NCBI RefSeq assembly: GCF_053078305.1
Contig: NZ_CP166879.1
Reading direction: 5' to 3' (one strand)
Length of the DNA: 64,000 nt
Below are positions 1-11,142 of the stretch, one piece after another. A program made the translations under genes and the position numbers. Within the stretch, counting starts at the first letter, position 1, and each line of letters opens with the position of its first letter. The notes below the pieces were generated by a model that saw only the letters and a program-made list of their open reading frames with translations, made no database searches and was not told the DNA's origin.

Positions 1-335
1 TGAGCGCATTTCCTTTCTTTATGGCGCTTGAAGCACAATCTATTTTCTGGATAGTTTTCTTCTCCATAATGCTGGCAAACATTGCGCATGACATGGTGGT
101 GTGTGTGCAACAACCGATGTTTACCGAAATGTTTGGTGCCAGTTATCGCTATAGTGGCGCTGGAGTCGGTTATCAGGTTGCCAGTGTGGTTGGTGGTGGA
201 TTTACACCTTTTATTGCCGCTGCACTCATCACTTACTTTGCCGGGAACTGGCATAGCGTCGCCATTTATTTGCTGGCTGGATGCCTGATTTCCGCAATAA
301 CCGCTTTGTTGATGAAAGACAATCAACGCGCTTGA
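1..335 (+). CDS. shiA: MFS transporter, C-terminal fragment truncated by window start (likely shikimate transporter ShiA)
   Basis: Reading frame is open from position 3 to stop at 335; hydrophobic transporter-like C-terminus; location directly upstream of amn matches K-12 synteny. Confidence 0.55.
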   Translation, partial: SAFPFFMALEAQSIFWIVFFSIMLANIAHDMVVCVQQPMFTEMFGASYRYSGAGVGYQVASVVGGGFTPFIAAALITYFAGNWHSVAIYLLAGCLISAITALLMKDNQRA

Positions 336-436
336 TAGTCTGGCGAAGATCATCCGATCTTCGCCTTGCACTTTTGTTTCACATTTCTGTGACATACTAT
401 CGGATGTGCGGTAATTGTATGGAACAGGAGACACAC

Positions 437-1891
437 ATGAATAATAAGGGCTCCGGTCTGACCCCAGCTCAGGCACTGGATAAACTCGACGCGCTGTATG
501 AGCAATCTGTAGTCGCATTACGCAACGCCATTGGCAACTATATTACAAGTGGCGAATTACCTGATGAAAACGCCCGCAAACAAGGTCTTTTTGTCTATCC
601 ATCACTGACCGTAACCTGGGACGGTAGCACAACCAATCCACCTAAAACGCGCGCATTTGGTCGTTTTACTCACGCAGGCAGCTACACCACCACGATTACT
701 CGCCCTACTCTCTTTCGTTCGTATCTTAATGAACAACTTACGTTGCTGTATCAGGATTATGATGCGCATATCTCGGTGCAACCCTCGCAGCATGAAATCC
801 CTTATCCTTATGTCATCGATGGCTCTGAATTGACACTTGATCGCTCAATGAGCGCTGGGTTAACTCGCTATTTCCCGACAACAGAACTGGCGCAAATTGG
901 CGATGAAACTGCAGACGGCATTTATCACCCAACTGAATTCTCCCCGCTATCGCATTTTGATGCGCGCCGCGTCGATTTTTCCCTCGCGCGGTTGCGTCAT
1001 TATACTGGTACGCCAGTTGAACATTTTCAGCCGTTCGTCTTGTTTACCAACTACACACGTTATGTGGATGAATTCGTTCGTTGGGGATGCAGCCAGATCC
1101 TCGATCCTGATAGTCCCTACATTGCCCTTTCTTGTGCTGGCGGGAACTGGATCACCGCCGAAACCGAAGCGCCAGAAGAAGCCATTTCCGACCTTGCATG
1201 GAAAAAACACCAGATGCCAGCATGGCATTTAATTACCGCCGATGGTCAGGGTATTACTCTGGTGAATATTGGCGTGGGACCGTCAAATGCTAAAACCATC
1301 TGCGATCATCTGGCAGTGCTACGCCCGGATGTCTGGTTGATGATTGGTCACTGTGGCGGATTACGTGAAAGTCAGGCCATTGGCGATTATGTACTTGCAC
1401 ACGCTTATTTACGCGATGACCACGTTCTTGATGCGGTTCTGCCACCCGATATTCCTATTCCGAGCATTGCTGAAGTGCAACGTGCGCTTTATGACGCCAC
1501 CAAGCTGGTGAGCGGCAGGCCCGGTGAGGAAGTCAAACAGCGGCTACGTACTGGTACTGTGGTAACCACAGATGACAGGAACTGGGAATTACGTTACTCA
1601 GCTTCTGCACTTCGTTTTAACTTAAGCCGGGCCGTAGCAATTGATATGGAAAGTGCAACCATTGCCGCGCAAGGATATCGTTTCCGCGTGCCATACGGGA
1701 CACTACTGTGTGTTTCAGATAAACCGTTGCATGGCGAGATTAAACTTCCCGGTCAGGCTAACCGTTTTTATGAAGGCGCTATTTCCGAACACCTACAAAT
1801 TGGCATTCGGGCGATCGATTTGCTGCGCGCAGAAGGCGACCGACTGCATTCACGTAAATTACGAACCTTTAATGAGCCGCCGTTCCGATAA
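437..1891 (+). CDS. amn: AMP nucleosidase
   Basis: ORF 281..1891; conserved start MNNKGSGLTPAQALDKLDALYEQ at 437 gives 484 aa, the expected Amn length; N-terminal extension in ORF track rejected. Confidence 0.93.
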   Translation: MNNKGSGLTPAQALDKLDALYEQSVVALRNAIGNYITSGELPDENARKQGLFVYPSLTVTWDGSTTNPPKTRAFGRFTHAGSYTTTITRPTLFRSYLNEQLTLLYQDYDAHISVQPSQHEIPYPYVIDGSELTLDRSMSAGLTRYFPTTELAQIGDETADGIYHPTEFSPLSHFDARRVDFSLARLRHYTGTPVEHFQPFVLFTNYTRYVDEFVRWGCSQILDPDSPYIALSCAGGNWITAETEAPEEAISDLAWKKHQMPAWHLITADGQGITLVNIGVGPSNAKTICDHLAVLRPDVWLMIGHCGGLRESQAIGDYVLAHAYLRDDHVLDAVLPPDIPIPSIAEVQRALYDATKLVSGRPGEEVKQRLRTGTVVTTDDRNWELRYSASALRFNLSRAVAIDMESATIAAQGYRFRVPYGTLLCVSDKPLHGEIKLPGQANRFYEGAISEHLQIGIRAIDLLRAEGDRLHSRKLRTFNEPPFR

Positions 1892-1952
1892 TAAGTTCTG
1901 AACCTTCTTATCAAAAATAGATGTGAAGGATTAAGTAAGACATCTGGCAAAT

Positions 1953-1980
1953 AGCCCGCAATAAACGCGGGCTGTTTGCT
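1953..1980 (+). terminator. Hairpin agcccgc/gcgggct followed by T-rich tract downstream of amn
   Basis: Inverted repeat read directly; weak T-run. Confidence 0.45.
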
Positions 1981-2233
1981 TCCTTGGGCGGATACGAGTT
2001 TTATTATCGTCTTAATGATTTCCACATATTAAAAGCAAGTATGCTTTCAAAACACAATTATAAAAAATCCCGCCAACAATATAAGTTTTTATAAAATTAA
2101 ATATAAGATTATGGCTTTAGAATATTTTTATTTCTAATAGACGAGATTTTTCCTGTTATGATATAATATGCCGAATTAACACATGTTAACGATTTACCAG
2201 TAATGTAAATAAATTTTCGAGGAGATCATTCCA

Positions 2234-2950
2234 GTGGGACGTAAATGGGCCAATATTGTTGCTAAAAAAACGGCTAAAGACGGTGCAACGTCTAAAATTT
2301 ATGCAAAATTCGGTGTAGAAATCTATGCTGCTGCTAAACAAGGTGAACCCGATCCAGAATTAAACACATCTTTAAAATTCGTTATTGAACGTGCAAAGCA
2401 GGCACAAGTTCCAAAGCACGTTATTGATAAAGCAATTGATAAAGCCAAAGGCGGCGGAGATGAAACGTTCGTACAGGGACGTTATGAAGGCTTTGGTCCT
2501 AATGGCTCAATGATTATCGCCGAGACATTGACTTCAAATGTTAACCGTACGATTGCTAACGTTCGCACAATTTTCAATAAAAAAGGCGGCAATATCGGAG
2601 CGGCAGGTTCTGTCAGCTATATGTTTGACAATACTGGTGTGATTGTATTTAAAGGAACAGACCCTGACCATATTTTTGAAATTTTACTTGAAGCTGAAGT
2701 TGATGTTCGTGATGTGACTGAAGAAGAAGGTAACATTGTTATTTATACTGAACCTACTGACCTTCATAAAGGAATCGCGGCTCTAAAAGCAGCTGGAATC
2801 ACTGAGTTCTCAACAACAGAATTAGAAATGATTGCTCAATCAGAAGTTGAGCTTTCCCCAGAAGATTTAGAAATCTTTGAAGGGCTTGTTGATGCCCTTG
2901 AAGATGACGACGATGTACAAAAAGTTTATCATAACGTCGCAAATCTCTAA
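2234..2950 (+). CDS. yeeN: YebC/PmpR-family transcriptional regulator YeeN
   Basis: 238-aa ORF with GTG start; sequence [27 protein letters not shown] typical of YebC-family; AT-rich upstream region. Confidence 0.88.
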
Positions 2951-2959
2951 TTATCTTTT

Positions 2960-2990
2960 AAAGAAATCTGTCTTTATGGCAGATTTCTTT
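2960..2990 (+). terminator. Hairpin aaagaaatctg/cagatttcttt downstream of yeeN
   Basis: Perfect 11-bp inverted repeat read directly. Confidence 0.45.
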
Positions 2991-3405
2991 AATCTCATAT
3001 AATCCTTATAAAAAATATAATGTTCAACTCGTCATATTGCTTATAAAAAATCCTCGTTCCCAGAGAAATAATATTTATTAAAATGGCAGGTCTTCTTTTT
3101 CTGATTACCGAAGACAAAGTGGCAATTACGTATAGTTTCCCGATAAAGACGCGACAGCTACATCCCGCATAAGGCATTTTTCTCTTTATCTTTGTACGGT
3201 ACTTCATGGAACAGAATTTTTGACCTTGTGAATCGTGATGTCTGTTGGGGAGGAGCAATTTGCTCACTGAAGCGTGAGACTCGATTAAGCGCACGAAACA
3301 CAGAAATCAAAAAACCCGGCCACTTTTTTACAAAGTGACCGGGTAAAAATAATTTTTATTTTTTAACTGCCTTGAGACTCATAGAGATGTCTCAAAACTA
3401 AAATT

Positions 3406-3481
3406 TGGCTCCTCTGACTGGACTCGAACCAGTGACATACGGATTAACAGTCCGCCGTTCTACCGACTGAACTACAGAGGA
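3406..3481 (-). tRNA. asnW: tRNA-Asn (GUU anticodon)
   Basis: 76-nt sequence exactly the reverse complement of the tRNA-Asn copies at 5230 and 7638; ends in CCA; anticodon loop ctGTTaa. Confidence 0.95.
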
Positions 3482-3581
3482 ATCGTGAGAACGAGGCGAA
3501 TATTAGCGATGCCCACCCACAATGTCAAAGCCTGTTTTTTAAATTTGAAATCGTTTGCTGAAATAATCTGCATTTTGTCGT

Positions 3582-5069
3582 TTATTCCGACACAACTGGC
3601 TTTTTTTCACACTTTTGCGGCTCGGATCGAGGGTATTTCCATAGCCAACGTCCAGTAACCATTCGCCAGTAAAACAGCACGGCCCGCACAGCCCAGTCGG
3701 CAAACATTCCCATCCAGACACCAACCACACCCCAGCCAAGCATGATGCCCAGCACATAACCGACGACAACCCGGCAACCCCACATGCTCAACATAGAAAC
3801 CCACATAGCGTAACGGGCGTCACGAGCCCCCTTAAATCCAGCGGGTAGCACCCATGAGGCGGACCAAATAGGCATAAATAAAGCATTTAGCCAAATCAGA
3901 ATCACAACGACATGTTTAACCTGTGGATCCTGGGTGTAAAACGATGCCATAACCCCGGCAAAGGGAGCCGTTAGCCAGGCGATGGCCGTTAATCCAAGAG
4001 TGGAAAGCCAGAACACATGCCGCAACTGAATCTCTGCTTGCGCTATCTGCCCTACCCCCAACCTTCGGCCTGTAATGATCGTAGAAGCAGAGCCGAGCGC
4101 ACTTCCGGGTAAGTTGATAAGAGCCGCAATTGAAAACGCGATAAAATTTCCGGCAATAACACTGGTCCCCATCCCGGCAACGAACATTTGGGTTAATAAC
4201 CGACCACTGGTAAATAACACTGATTCGACACTCGCGGGAATACCAATCCCCATGACTTCCCAGATAATGCTAAAATTCAGTGGCTTAAAATAGCTCTTTA
4301 ACGAAATCCTTAGCGCAGGATTAAAACCAATCGCCAACACCCACAAAATTGCAACTGCGCCAATATAACGAGAAATGGTTAAACCCAACCCAGCCCCGAC
4401 AAATCCCAGTCCCGGCCAGGAGAAAAGGCCGTAAATCAATATGCCGCTAATAATAATATTAAGAATATTCAGGCTACCGTTAATCAGTAGCGGTATTTTC
4501 GTATTCCCTGCACCACGAAGTGCCCCGCTACCAATTAGAGTGATGGCAGCTGCTGGATAACTGAGTACCGTCAGCTCCAGATAAGTCAACGCCAGTGCTT
4601 TAACTTCTGTCGTGGCATCACCCGCGACGAAATCAATAATTTGCTCGCCAAAATGATGAATAAGCGTTGCCAACAGTACGGCAAACAACGTCATGATCAC
4701 CAATGACTGCCGCGTCGCCACCCTCGCTCGTCGTCGATCCCGCTTACCGAGACTAAATGCCACAACGACAGTAGTACCAAGATCGATAGCAGCAAAAAAA
4801 GCCATAATGACCATATTGAAGCTGTCCGCCAATCCCACGCCGGCCATCGCATCTTTTCCCAGCCAACTGACCAGAAAAGTGCTCAGAACCCCCATCAACA
4901 GGACACAGGCATTCTCCATGAAGATAGGAACAGCAAGCGGGGTTATCTCGCGCCAGAACAACACTTTGTAGCTCTTGCGTTTAGCGTGCCAGCGAGTGCC
5001 GTGAACAACCTGGCGTAAAGCAGAGGAGATATTCAAAGCCGACCTTAATTGCAGAAAGTGAAACCACAT
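3582..5069 (-). CDS. yeeO: MATE-family efflux transporter YeeO
   Basis: ORF 3582..5222; conserved start MWFHFLQLRSALNISS gives 495 aa; multi-TM hydrophobic protein. Confidence 0.88.
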   Translation of the reverse strand: MWFHFLQLRSALNISSALRQVVHGTRWHAKRKSYKVLFWREITPLAVPIFMENACVLLMGVLSTFLVSWLGKDAMAGVGLADSFNMVIMAFFAAIDLGTTVVVAFSLGKRDRRRARVATRQSLVIMTLFAVLLATLIHHFGEQIIDFVAGDATTEVKALALTYLELTVLSYPAAAITLIGSGALRGAGNTKIPLLINGSLNILNIIISGILIYGLFSWPGLGFVGAGLGLTISRYIGAVAILWVLAIGFNPALRISLKSYFKPLNFSIIWEVMGIGIPASVESVLFTSGRLLTQMFVAGMGTSVIAGNFIAFSIAALINLPGSALGSASTIITGRRLGVGQIAQAEIQLRHVFWLSTLGLTAIAWLTAPFAGVMASFYTQDPQVKHVVVILIWLNALFMPIWSASWVLPAGFKGARDARYAMWVSMLSMWGCRVVVGYVLGIMLGWGVVGVWMGMFADWAVRAVLFYWRMVTGRWLWKYPRSEPQKCEKKPVVSE

Positions 5070-5229
5070 TTCAAATAATGAGGGAGAATCAGCAAAGCTG
5101 CAAAGATTTTCGCCAACAAATTGTCTGCAAATGCAACAAACTGTTGATAGAAACGGCAAACAGTTGGGGAATTTAAAAATCGGGTTTGACAAAAGATTTT
5201 TCGCCGTTAAGATGTGCCTCAACAGCGAT

Positions 5230-5305
5230 TCCTCTGTAGTTCAGTCGGTAGAACGGCGGACTGTTAATCCGTATGTCACTGGTTCGAGTCCAGTCAGAGG
5301 AGCCA
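5230..5305 (+). tRNA. asnU: tRNA-Asn (GUU anticodon)
   Basis: tcctctgtagttcagtcggtagaacggcggactgttaatccgtatgtcactggttcgagtccagtcagaggagcca, canonical E. coli tRNA-Asn. Confidence 0.95.
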
Positions 5306-5314
5306 AATTTCTGA

Positions 5315-5342
5315 AAAGCCCGCTTTTATAGCGGGCTTTTTG
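5315..5342 (+). terminator. Rho-independent terminator after asnU (agcccgc tttata gcgggct tttt)
   Basis: GC stem plus T-run read directly. Confidence 0.6.
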
Positions 5343-6293
5343 CTATATCTGATAATCAATTTCCTCTTCACTGTTTTCCATCACCTGGCGCTTGATATCC
5401 TCAACTGACAGTCCTGCATTACAAAGTTCCAGAAAGCGCCAGACATAGTTACGCTGAAGTTGTCCTCGCTTGAGTCCCAACCAGACAGTATTAGCATCGA
5501 AAAGATGCCGCGTATCCAGGCGGATTAAATTCTTTTCCTCTTGTTCACCGCTGGATTGTTCGGCAACTAATCCGATCCCAAGCCCAAGAGCAACATAGGT
5601 TTTAATGACATCAGAATCCTGCGCACTTAATACAATATCTGCCAGCAAACCTTTGCGGGCAAATGCGTCATCAATACGTGAGCGCCCCGTAATCCCCTGT
5701 CGGTAAGTGATTAACGGCCACTTCGCTATTGACTCCAGCGTCAATGGTGTAATTTGCGTCAAGGGATGATCGAGTGGAACAAGCAAACTATGGTGCCAAC
5801 GAAACCACGGGAAGGCGACGAGCTGCGGGTCATTACTCAAACGCTCGCTGGCGATACCAATATCAGCTTCACCATTATGCAACAACGTCGCAATTTCCTG
5901 TGGCGTCCCCTGGATTAGCTCGAGCCGAACCTCCGGGAAAAGTTCGCGAAAAGCTTTAATGACCTCTGGCAAGCTATAACGTGCCTGAGTATGCGTCGTT
6001 GCAATAGTGAGAACGCCAGACGTATCGTTGGTAAACAGGTCTGCAAGCCGACGAACATTACTGGCTTCATTGAGAATACGTTCTGCAATGACCAGTAATG
6101 CTTTGCCCGGTTCAGTCATGCCCAGCAATCGCTTACCTCGTCGAACAAATATTTCGATGCCAAGTTCATCCTCCAGTTCCCGAATATGACGGCTGACGCC
6201 TGACTGTGAGGTAAAAAGCATATTCGCAACCTCTGTCAGGTTGTAATCCTGACGTGCAGCTTCGCGGATTATCTTTAGTTGTTGGAAATTCAC
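5343..6293 (-). CDS. cbl: LysR-family regulator Cbl (sulfonate/cysteine regulon)
   Basis: 316-aa ORF MNFQQLKIIREAARQDYNLTEVANMLFTSQSGVSRHIRELE, HTH LysR N-terminus; synteny next to nac. Confidence 0.9.
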   Translation of the reverse strand: MNFQQLKIIREAARQDYNLTEVANMLFTSQSGVSRHIRELEDELGIEIFVRRGKRLLGMTEPGKALLVIAERILNEASNVRRLADLFTNDTSGVLTIATTHTQARYSLPEVIKAFRELFPEVRLELIQGTPQEIATLLHNGEADIGIASERLSNDPQLVAFPWFRWHHSLLVPLDHPLTQITPLTLESIAKWPLITYRQGITGRSRIDDAFARKGLLADIVLSAQDSDVIKTYVALGLGIGLVAEQSSGEQEEKNLIRLDTRHLFDANTVWLGLKRGQLQRNYVWRFLELCNAGLSVEDIKRQVMENSEEEIDYQI

Positions 6294-6394
6294 GGTAAAC
6301 TCCGGGCAGTTCAGATATCCCGTTATTGTTAAAGTCTAACGCCCGGCATAACAAATAATAAAAACCCGCATCTTATTCCATCCCGATATAACGC

Positions 6395-7312
6395 TTAGCT
6401 CACCAATTGCCACTGCCTTTTTTCCATCACTGGAGAACTAATCACTGACATTAACAACTCTTTCACTGCCTGTGCCTGTGGCGATAAGTTCGCTCTGGCG
6501 GGTAAATTTAATGACAAAGAGAGACTCATGGAAGGCGTGGTAATGCGTGACATCCACCCATTTACTGCGCCACATAACGAACGCGCGGCCGATTCGGGTA
6601 ATACTGCAACGCCCATGCCGCTGGCAATCGCTGCGGTAAGCGTGGCAATAGACTCAATTTCACCAATGACTTTTGCCGTGAGCCGCCGTAGGGAAAACGC
6701 CTCATCAACACGAAGTCTAACAGCGCTGTAATCACTGGGGAGAAAAAGGTTCATTTGTGCAATAGCATTAACATCAACGCTTTGCCCCGGGCAATCTTGA
6801 GTTCCTACCAGGAAAAGATCTTCTTTCAGCAAAGCCTGACTGGATACCCCAGCCACAGGGGAATGCTCATAAATCACCGCCATATCGAGTTGGTGATTTA
6901 TCAGTTTTTCGTTAAGCACTGCACCGCTATTTTCATGAAGATAGATAACGATCTCCGGGAATTCAGCGCGAACCGCCTGTAATAAGGGCATGGTGATGGA
7001 TGACGCAGCGGTTCCTGGCGCAAAGCCAATCGAGACTTGCCCCGATAATGCCTGACCAACGTTATGCACCGCCAGTTGGGCCTGCTCACACTGACGTAAA
7101 ATGGCCCGCGCATGGGTATAGAGAATTTTTCCGGCGTCAGTTGGCGTAACGCCCCGTTTTGTGCGAATCAAAAGTTGTTGATTTAACTCACCTTCCAGTG
7201 TGGCAACCTGCTGGCTGAGCGCTGGTTGTGCGATATGCAATACTTCAGCAGCCTGGGTCAGGCTACCAATATCTACAATTTTTACGAAGTATTTAAGGCG
7301 TCTGAAGTTCAT
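6395..7312 (-). CDS. nac: Nitrogen assimilation control protein Nac (LysR family)
   Basis: ORF 6395..7342; conserved start MNFRRLKYFVKIVDIGSLTQAAEVLHIAQPALSQQ at 7312 gives 305 aa. Confidence 0.9.
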   Translation of the reverse strand: MNFRRLKYFVKIVDIGSLTQAAEVLHIAQPALSQQVATLEGELNQQLLIRTKRGVTPTDAGKILYTHARAILRQCEQAQLAVHNVGQALSGQVSIGFAPGTAASSITMPLLQAVRAEFPEIVIYLHENSGAVLNEKLINHQLDMAVIYEHSPVAGVSSQALLKEDLFLVGTQDCPGQSVDVNAIAQMNLFLPSDYSAVRLRVDEAFSLRRLTAKVIGEIESIATLTAAIASGMGVAVLPESAARSLCGAVNGWMSRITTPSMSLSLSLNLPARANLSPQAQAVKELLMSVISSPVMEKRQWQLVS

Positions 7313-7366
7313 GTTGCCTCCGGTTTTTAAGAATCGGCCCAAGTGCCGCCATTACTTACAACCAGA

Positions 7367-7384
7367 TTGCAAGATGCTTGCCAG
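7367..7384 (-). promoter_or_regulatory. Sigma-54 (-24/-12) promoter upstream of nac
   Basis: Minus-strand sequence cTGGCAagcatcTTGCAa matches the TGGCAC-N5-TTGCA sigma-54 consensus about 55 bp upstream of the nac start; nac is known to be NtrC/sigma-54 dependent. Confidence 0.55.
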
Positions 7385-7637
7385 TTTTATTTTGGCGTTG
7401 ATGTACAAGCTAACCAACTGTCAAATAAGAGATTATGATAGATTCGTCATTGGCTCTTTTCACCAGCAGTCGCGTTCCCCTGCCCTATAAAAGGAGGGTA
7501 TGCACCACGATGGTTCATTACCAATAAGATTGAAATCTCATCACTTTGTTGAAATTGGCAGCAAACAAACAAAAAAATGCATTTCACCCTTTGACATCAC
7601 CATGCACTGCCATTAATATGCGCCCCGTTCACACGAT

Positions 7638-7713
7638 TCCTCTGTAGTTCAGTCGGTAGAACGGCGGACTGTTAATCCGTATGTCACTGGTTCGAGTCCA
7701 GTCAGAGGAGCCA
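7638..7713 (+). tRNA. asnV: tRNA-Asn (GUU anticodon)
   Basis: Identical 76-nt tRNA-Asn sequence, third copy in window. Confidence 0.95.
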
Positions 7714-7721
7714 AATTCAAA

Positions 7722-7749
7722 AAAGCCTGCTTTCTAGCAGGCTTTTTGC
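7722..7749 (+). terminator. Rho-independent terminator after asnV (agcctgc tttcta gcaggct tttt)
   Basis: GC stem plus T-run read directly. Confidence 0.6.
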
Positions 7750-7768
7750 TTTCTAATTACCAACGCTC

Positions 7769-8701
7769 TTAAAACATCTGTCTTGAACCAGAACTAATTT
7801 GCACAGGCATTCCCGATCGACGTTGCAACGCAGCATTTGCGCGATTCACATCAACTTCTTGCCCGTTGATAAACGCCCGCAAAGATGGGGTTACCGGCAA
7901 TGGCACTTTTCGGTCAGACTCATATTCTGCACGATTGCGCGACAGCGGCTCATGAACTTCCAGCCAGTTCGAGCCATCTGGTTCAGTGGTGTATTTTACT
8001 GGCTGGTCGATAATTTGCACACGCGTCCCAACAGGAACATTATCAAACAGATATTTGATATCGTCATTGCGCAGACGAATACAGCCCTGACTTACCCGGA
8101 GCCCAATACCAAAATTGGCATTGGTACCGTGGATGGCATACAACCTGCCAATATAAATCGCGTACAGCCCCATGGGATTATCGGGACCCGCAGGAACAAA
8201 TGCGGGCAAACTCTCCCCTCGTTTCGCATATTCGCGCCGAGTGTTCGGCGTTGGCGTCCAGGTTGGAGCTTCTTGTTTACGTTCAACGGTAGTCACCCAG
8301 TTACGCGGGGTTTCTCGCCCGGCCTGACCGATTCCAATAGGAAAGACTTCTACAGTATTACTGTCTGGCGGGTAGTAATAAAGACGCATCTCAGCGACGT
8401 TAACCACAATCCCTTTACGAACAGTGGCGGGCAAAATCAGTTGCTGCGGAATGGTGAGTTGCGAGCCAGACTTCGGCAAAAAAACATCAGCGCCCGGGTT
8501 CGCTTCAAGCATGTTACTTAACCCTTGCCCGTATTGTGCGGCAAAAGTCTCCAGCGGCTGGGTATTGTGATCAGGAACAGTTACAGTAAACGACTGCCCC
8601 ACTAAACGGCTACCCTCTGGAGGTAATGGATAAGTTACCGCCAGGCTAGTATGGCTGGCAAAAAGCAGAGCAAATGAGCAAAGAATATTTACACGACGCA
8701 T
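7769..8701 (-). CDS. ldtA: L,D-transpeptidase LdtA (ErfK)
   Basis: ORF 7769..8704; signal peptide then YkuD-type L,D-transpeptidase domain; synteny between asnV and cobT. Confidence 0.88.
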   Translation of the reverse strand: MRRVNILCSFALLFASHTSLAVTYPLPPEGSRLVGQSFTVTVPDHNTQPLETFAAQYGQGLSNMLEANPGADVFLPKSGSQLTIPQQLILPATVRKGIVVNVAEMRLYYYPPDSNTVEVFPIGIGQAGRETPRNWVTTVERKQEAPTWTPTPNTRREYAKRGESLPAFVPAGPDNPMGLYAIYIGRLYAIHGTNANFGIGLRVSQGCIRLRNDDIKYLFDNVPVGTRVQIIDQPVKYTTEPDGSNWLEVHEPLSRNRAEYESDRKVPLPVTPSLRAFINGQEVDVNRANAALQRRSGMPVQISSGSRQMF

Positions 8702-8765
8702 CATGTCCCTTTCCTAAGTCGCGAAAGCTATCCGTTAAGTATAGCTTTTATCAGACTTTTCGTTT

Positions 8766-9845
8766 TTAACTGTTCAAATCAGAAGTCGTATTCCCCGGTA
8801 GAACAATATTACTGGCAGCAAGTTCGCCCATGTTGTTATATATCGCACAGGCAGCTTCGATGATGGGCATCGCCAGAGCTGCGCCACTCCCCTCACCTAA
8901 ACGCATCTCCATATTGAGATAAGGCTCCAGCCCCAAATGCGACAGCGCTATACGCGCCCCTTTTTCTGCCGACAGGTGAGAAGGAATGAGATACGGTTTG
9001 ATTGCAGGAGACATCTGGCAGGCTGCGAGCGCAGCAGCATAAGAAAGAAATCCATCCAGCAACACGGGTAAACCGCAGGAAGCAGCGCCTAACATCACGC
9101 CAGCCATTCCGACCAAATCAAATCCACCCACTTTTGCCAGAACATCAACGCCATCCTGCGGATTTGGTTGATTCAACGTAATCGCCCGGCGCACAACATC
9201 AATTTTATTAGCCAGTTTATCTGTCGGCAGGTTTGCGCCAATCCCAACCACTTCTTCAGGATCCCGGCCAGTGATTGTGCTGACTATTGCTGCTGCCGGT
9301 GTCGTGTTTGCCATCCCCAGTTCACCTACACCAAACAGCGTGACACCGTTTTTTGCCAGCTCCCGCGTATAACATATGACGTCCAAAAGCAACGTTTCAG
9401 CCTGACGGCGACTCATTGCCGGAGCTGAAGCAATATTGCCGCTACCTCGTGCGACACGCATGTTGATAAGCCCGGGGATAGGCTCAGCAGTATCAATACC
9501 AACATCAACTACGTGGACGTTAGCGCCCGCTTGTGCTGCCAGCACACACACGCCGGTTGTTCCGCGGGTCATATTTTCAGCCTGAATGGCTGTCACTTCT
9601 TTTGGGGAAATAGCGACCCCTTCCTCCCAGACGCCGTGATCGGCACACATAACCAGTACCGCTTTTTTGCCCACATGCAGTATGCCATTCAACCCCGGCA
9701 TTCCTGCCAGTTGTATGGCAAGCGCCTCCAGCCTTCCCAGGCTACCAACAGGTTTGAGTAACCCGTCAATATGCCGTTGTGCACGCGACATAGCGGCAGG
9801 ATCGATGGCAGGGATCGTATTCAGTAAATCGGCAAGTGTTTGCAT
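8766..9845 (-). CDS. cobT: Nicotinate-nucleotide--dimethylbenzimidazole phosphoribosyltransferase
   Basis: 359-aa [43 protein letters not shown]; cobUST operon context. Confidence 0.9.
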   Translation of the reverse strand: MQTLADLLNTIPAIDPAAMSRAQRHIDGLLKPVGSLGRLEALAIQLAGMPGLNGILHVGKKAVLVMCADHGVWEEGVAISPKEVTAIQAENMTRGTTGVCVLAAQAGANVHVVDVGIDTAEPIPGLINMRVARGSGNIASAPAMSRRQAETLLLDVICYTRELAKNGVTLFGVGELGMANTTPAAAIVSTITGRDPEEVVGIGANLPTDKLANKIDVVRRAITLNQPNPQDGVDVLAKVGGFDLVGMAGVMLGAASCGLPVLLDGFLSYAAALAACQMSPAIKPYLIPSHLSAEKGARIALSHLGLEPYLNMEMRLGEGSGAALAMPIIEAACAIYNNMGELAASNIVLPGNTTSDLNS

Positions 9846-9856
9846 GTCACGTCTCT

Positions 9857-10600
9857 TTATAGCAGTGCCAGCAGGAAGACCAGTTCACCAAGCTCTATAG
9901 CAGCTCCCAGCGTATCGCCGGTTTGCCCGCCCAGCGTACGTTTGAGAAGCTGACCGAGGATGAAAATCGCCACCATCGTCACCACCATAGCAGCCACACC
10001 ATGCATACCCGGCAATAATACGGCAGCAAAAATAGCGGCCAAGCCGAGTGTGACGCAGGTTTGTCGCCCATCAATTTTGCCAATGAACACATTGCCAAGT
10101 CCTTCTTCCCGGGCATAACGATGACGATACATCAATAATGCGGCAGTCCCGCGGCTGACCGCACATGCTGCCGCCAGCGATGCAAGGATCGGTTCGCCAC
10201 GCAGAGCCAACTCGCTTAATACCAGAATCTTTGCCAGTACAACAAAAATCAATGCCAGACCGCCGTGGGTGCCTAAACGGCTATCACGCATGATTTCCAA
10301 CATGCGATCGCGGCTACGTGCAGAAAATACGCCATCACAGGTATCGGCGAGGCCGTCCAGGTGGAATCCCCCGGTCATCAGCGCCAGCACAAGCACGCTA
10401 AACAGTGCCGCCAGTGGTACGCCACACCATGCCTGCAGCACCGTGAAGACCAGCCCGCTAATCGCGCCAAGCAATAATCCAATTAAAGGAAAAGTAATAA
10501 TACCGCGAGAATAATGCTCGAAATCCAGTCCCTGGGACCAGCGACGCGGTACAGGCAGACGCGTAATAAATGAGAGCATCGCCCAAAATAATTTACTCAT
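9857..10600 (-). CDS. cobS: Adenosylcobinamide-GDP ribazoletransferase (cobalamin synthase)
   Basis: ORF 9857..10636; conserved start [18 protein letters not shown] gives 247 aa; membrane protein. Confidence 0.9.
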   Translation of the reverse strand: MSKLFWAMLSFITRLPVPRRWSQGLDFEHYSRGIITFPLIGLLLGAISGLVFTVLQAWCGVPLAALFSVLVLALMTGGFHLDGLADTCDGVFSARSRDRMLEIMRDSRLGTHGGLALIFVVLAKILVLSELALRGEPILASLAAACAVSRGTAALLMYRHRYAREEGLGNVFIGKIDGRQTCVTLGLAAIFAAVLLPGMHGVAAMVVTMVAIFILGQLLKRTLGGQTGDTLGAAIELGELVFLLALL

Positions 10601-11142
10601 TTGATTTTTACTCCAATACCCGAAACCACCAGCCATACTTCATTAGCCGCAGCGGCCAGCTGCTGATTTACCCGCCCGGCAATATCACGAAAATGTCGTG
10701 CCAGACGACTCTCCGGCACAATCCCCATTCCCACTTCGTTAGTCACTAATACAACCTTTGCGGGGCAACGTTGGCAGGCAGCAATCAACGACTGAATCTC
10801 AACATGAATCGCCTGTTCCATCGCCTGATAATCCCATTCATCAGGGTCCTTATCGCCGCCATAATCAAACAACAGATTAGTCACCATTGTGGTAACGCAT
10901 TCCAGCAACACAGCTTCATGCGGGTTAATGTCTGCATGAATTAATTCATCAACATGTTGCCAACGCTCCACCGTGCGCCAGTGCGCCGGGCGGCCTTTCC
11001 GATGATGTTCTATCCGTGCAGCCATCTCATCATCAAGGATTTGCGAGGTGGCGATATACAGAACCTGTGAAGAGTCCCCAATAAGCGCCTCTGCGTGGCG
11101 ACTCTTCCCGCTCCGTGCTCCACCTGTCACCAAAATCATCAT
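10597..11142 (-). CDS. cobU: Adenosylcobinamide kinase / adenosylcobinamide-phosphate guanylyltransferase
   Basis: ORF 10597..11214; conserved start [14 protein letters not shown] (P-loop) gives 181 aa; overlaps cobS start by 4 bp. Confidence 0.9.
   Translation of the reverse strand: MMILVTGGARSGKSRHAEALIGDSSQVLYIATSQILDDEMAARIEHHRKGRPAHWRTVERWQHVDELIHADINPHEAVLLECVTTMVTNLLFDYGGDKDPDEWDYQAMEQAIHVEIQSLIAACQRCPAKVVLVTNEVGMGIVPESRLARHFRDIAGRVNQQLAAAANEVWLVVSGIGVKIK

Noticed and set aside
281..436. N-terminal extensions in the ORF track (amn from 281, yeeO to 5222, nac to 7342, cobS to 10636, cobU to 11214, yeeX to 11996, sbcB from 15254, yeeY to 20849, hisG from 22282, wzzB to 30487)
   Set aside because: Each extension precedes a conserved, well-known start methionine that yields the canonical protein length; extensions are just open frame upstream of the true start.
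2995..3294. 99-aa minus-strand ORF between yeeN and asnW
   Set aside because: AT-rich intergenic sequence with low-complexity translation; no ribosome-binding site or motif support.
7799..8521. 240-aa plus-strand ORF
   Set aside because: Antisense to erfK/ldtA; no recognisable protein features.
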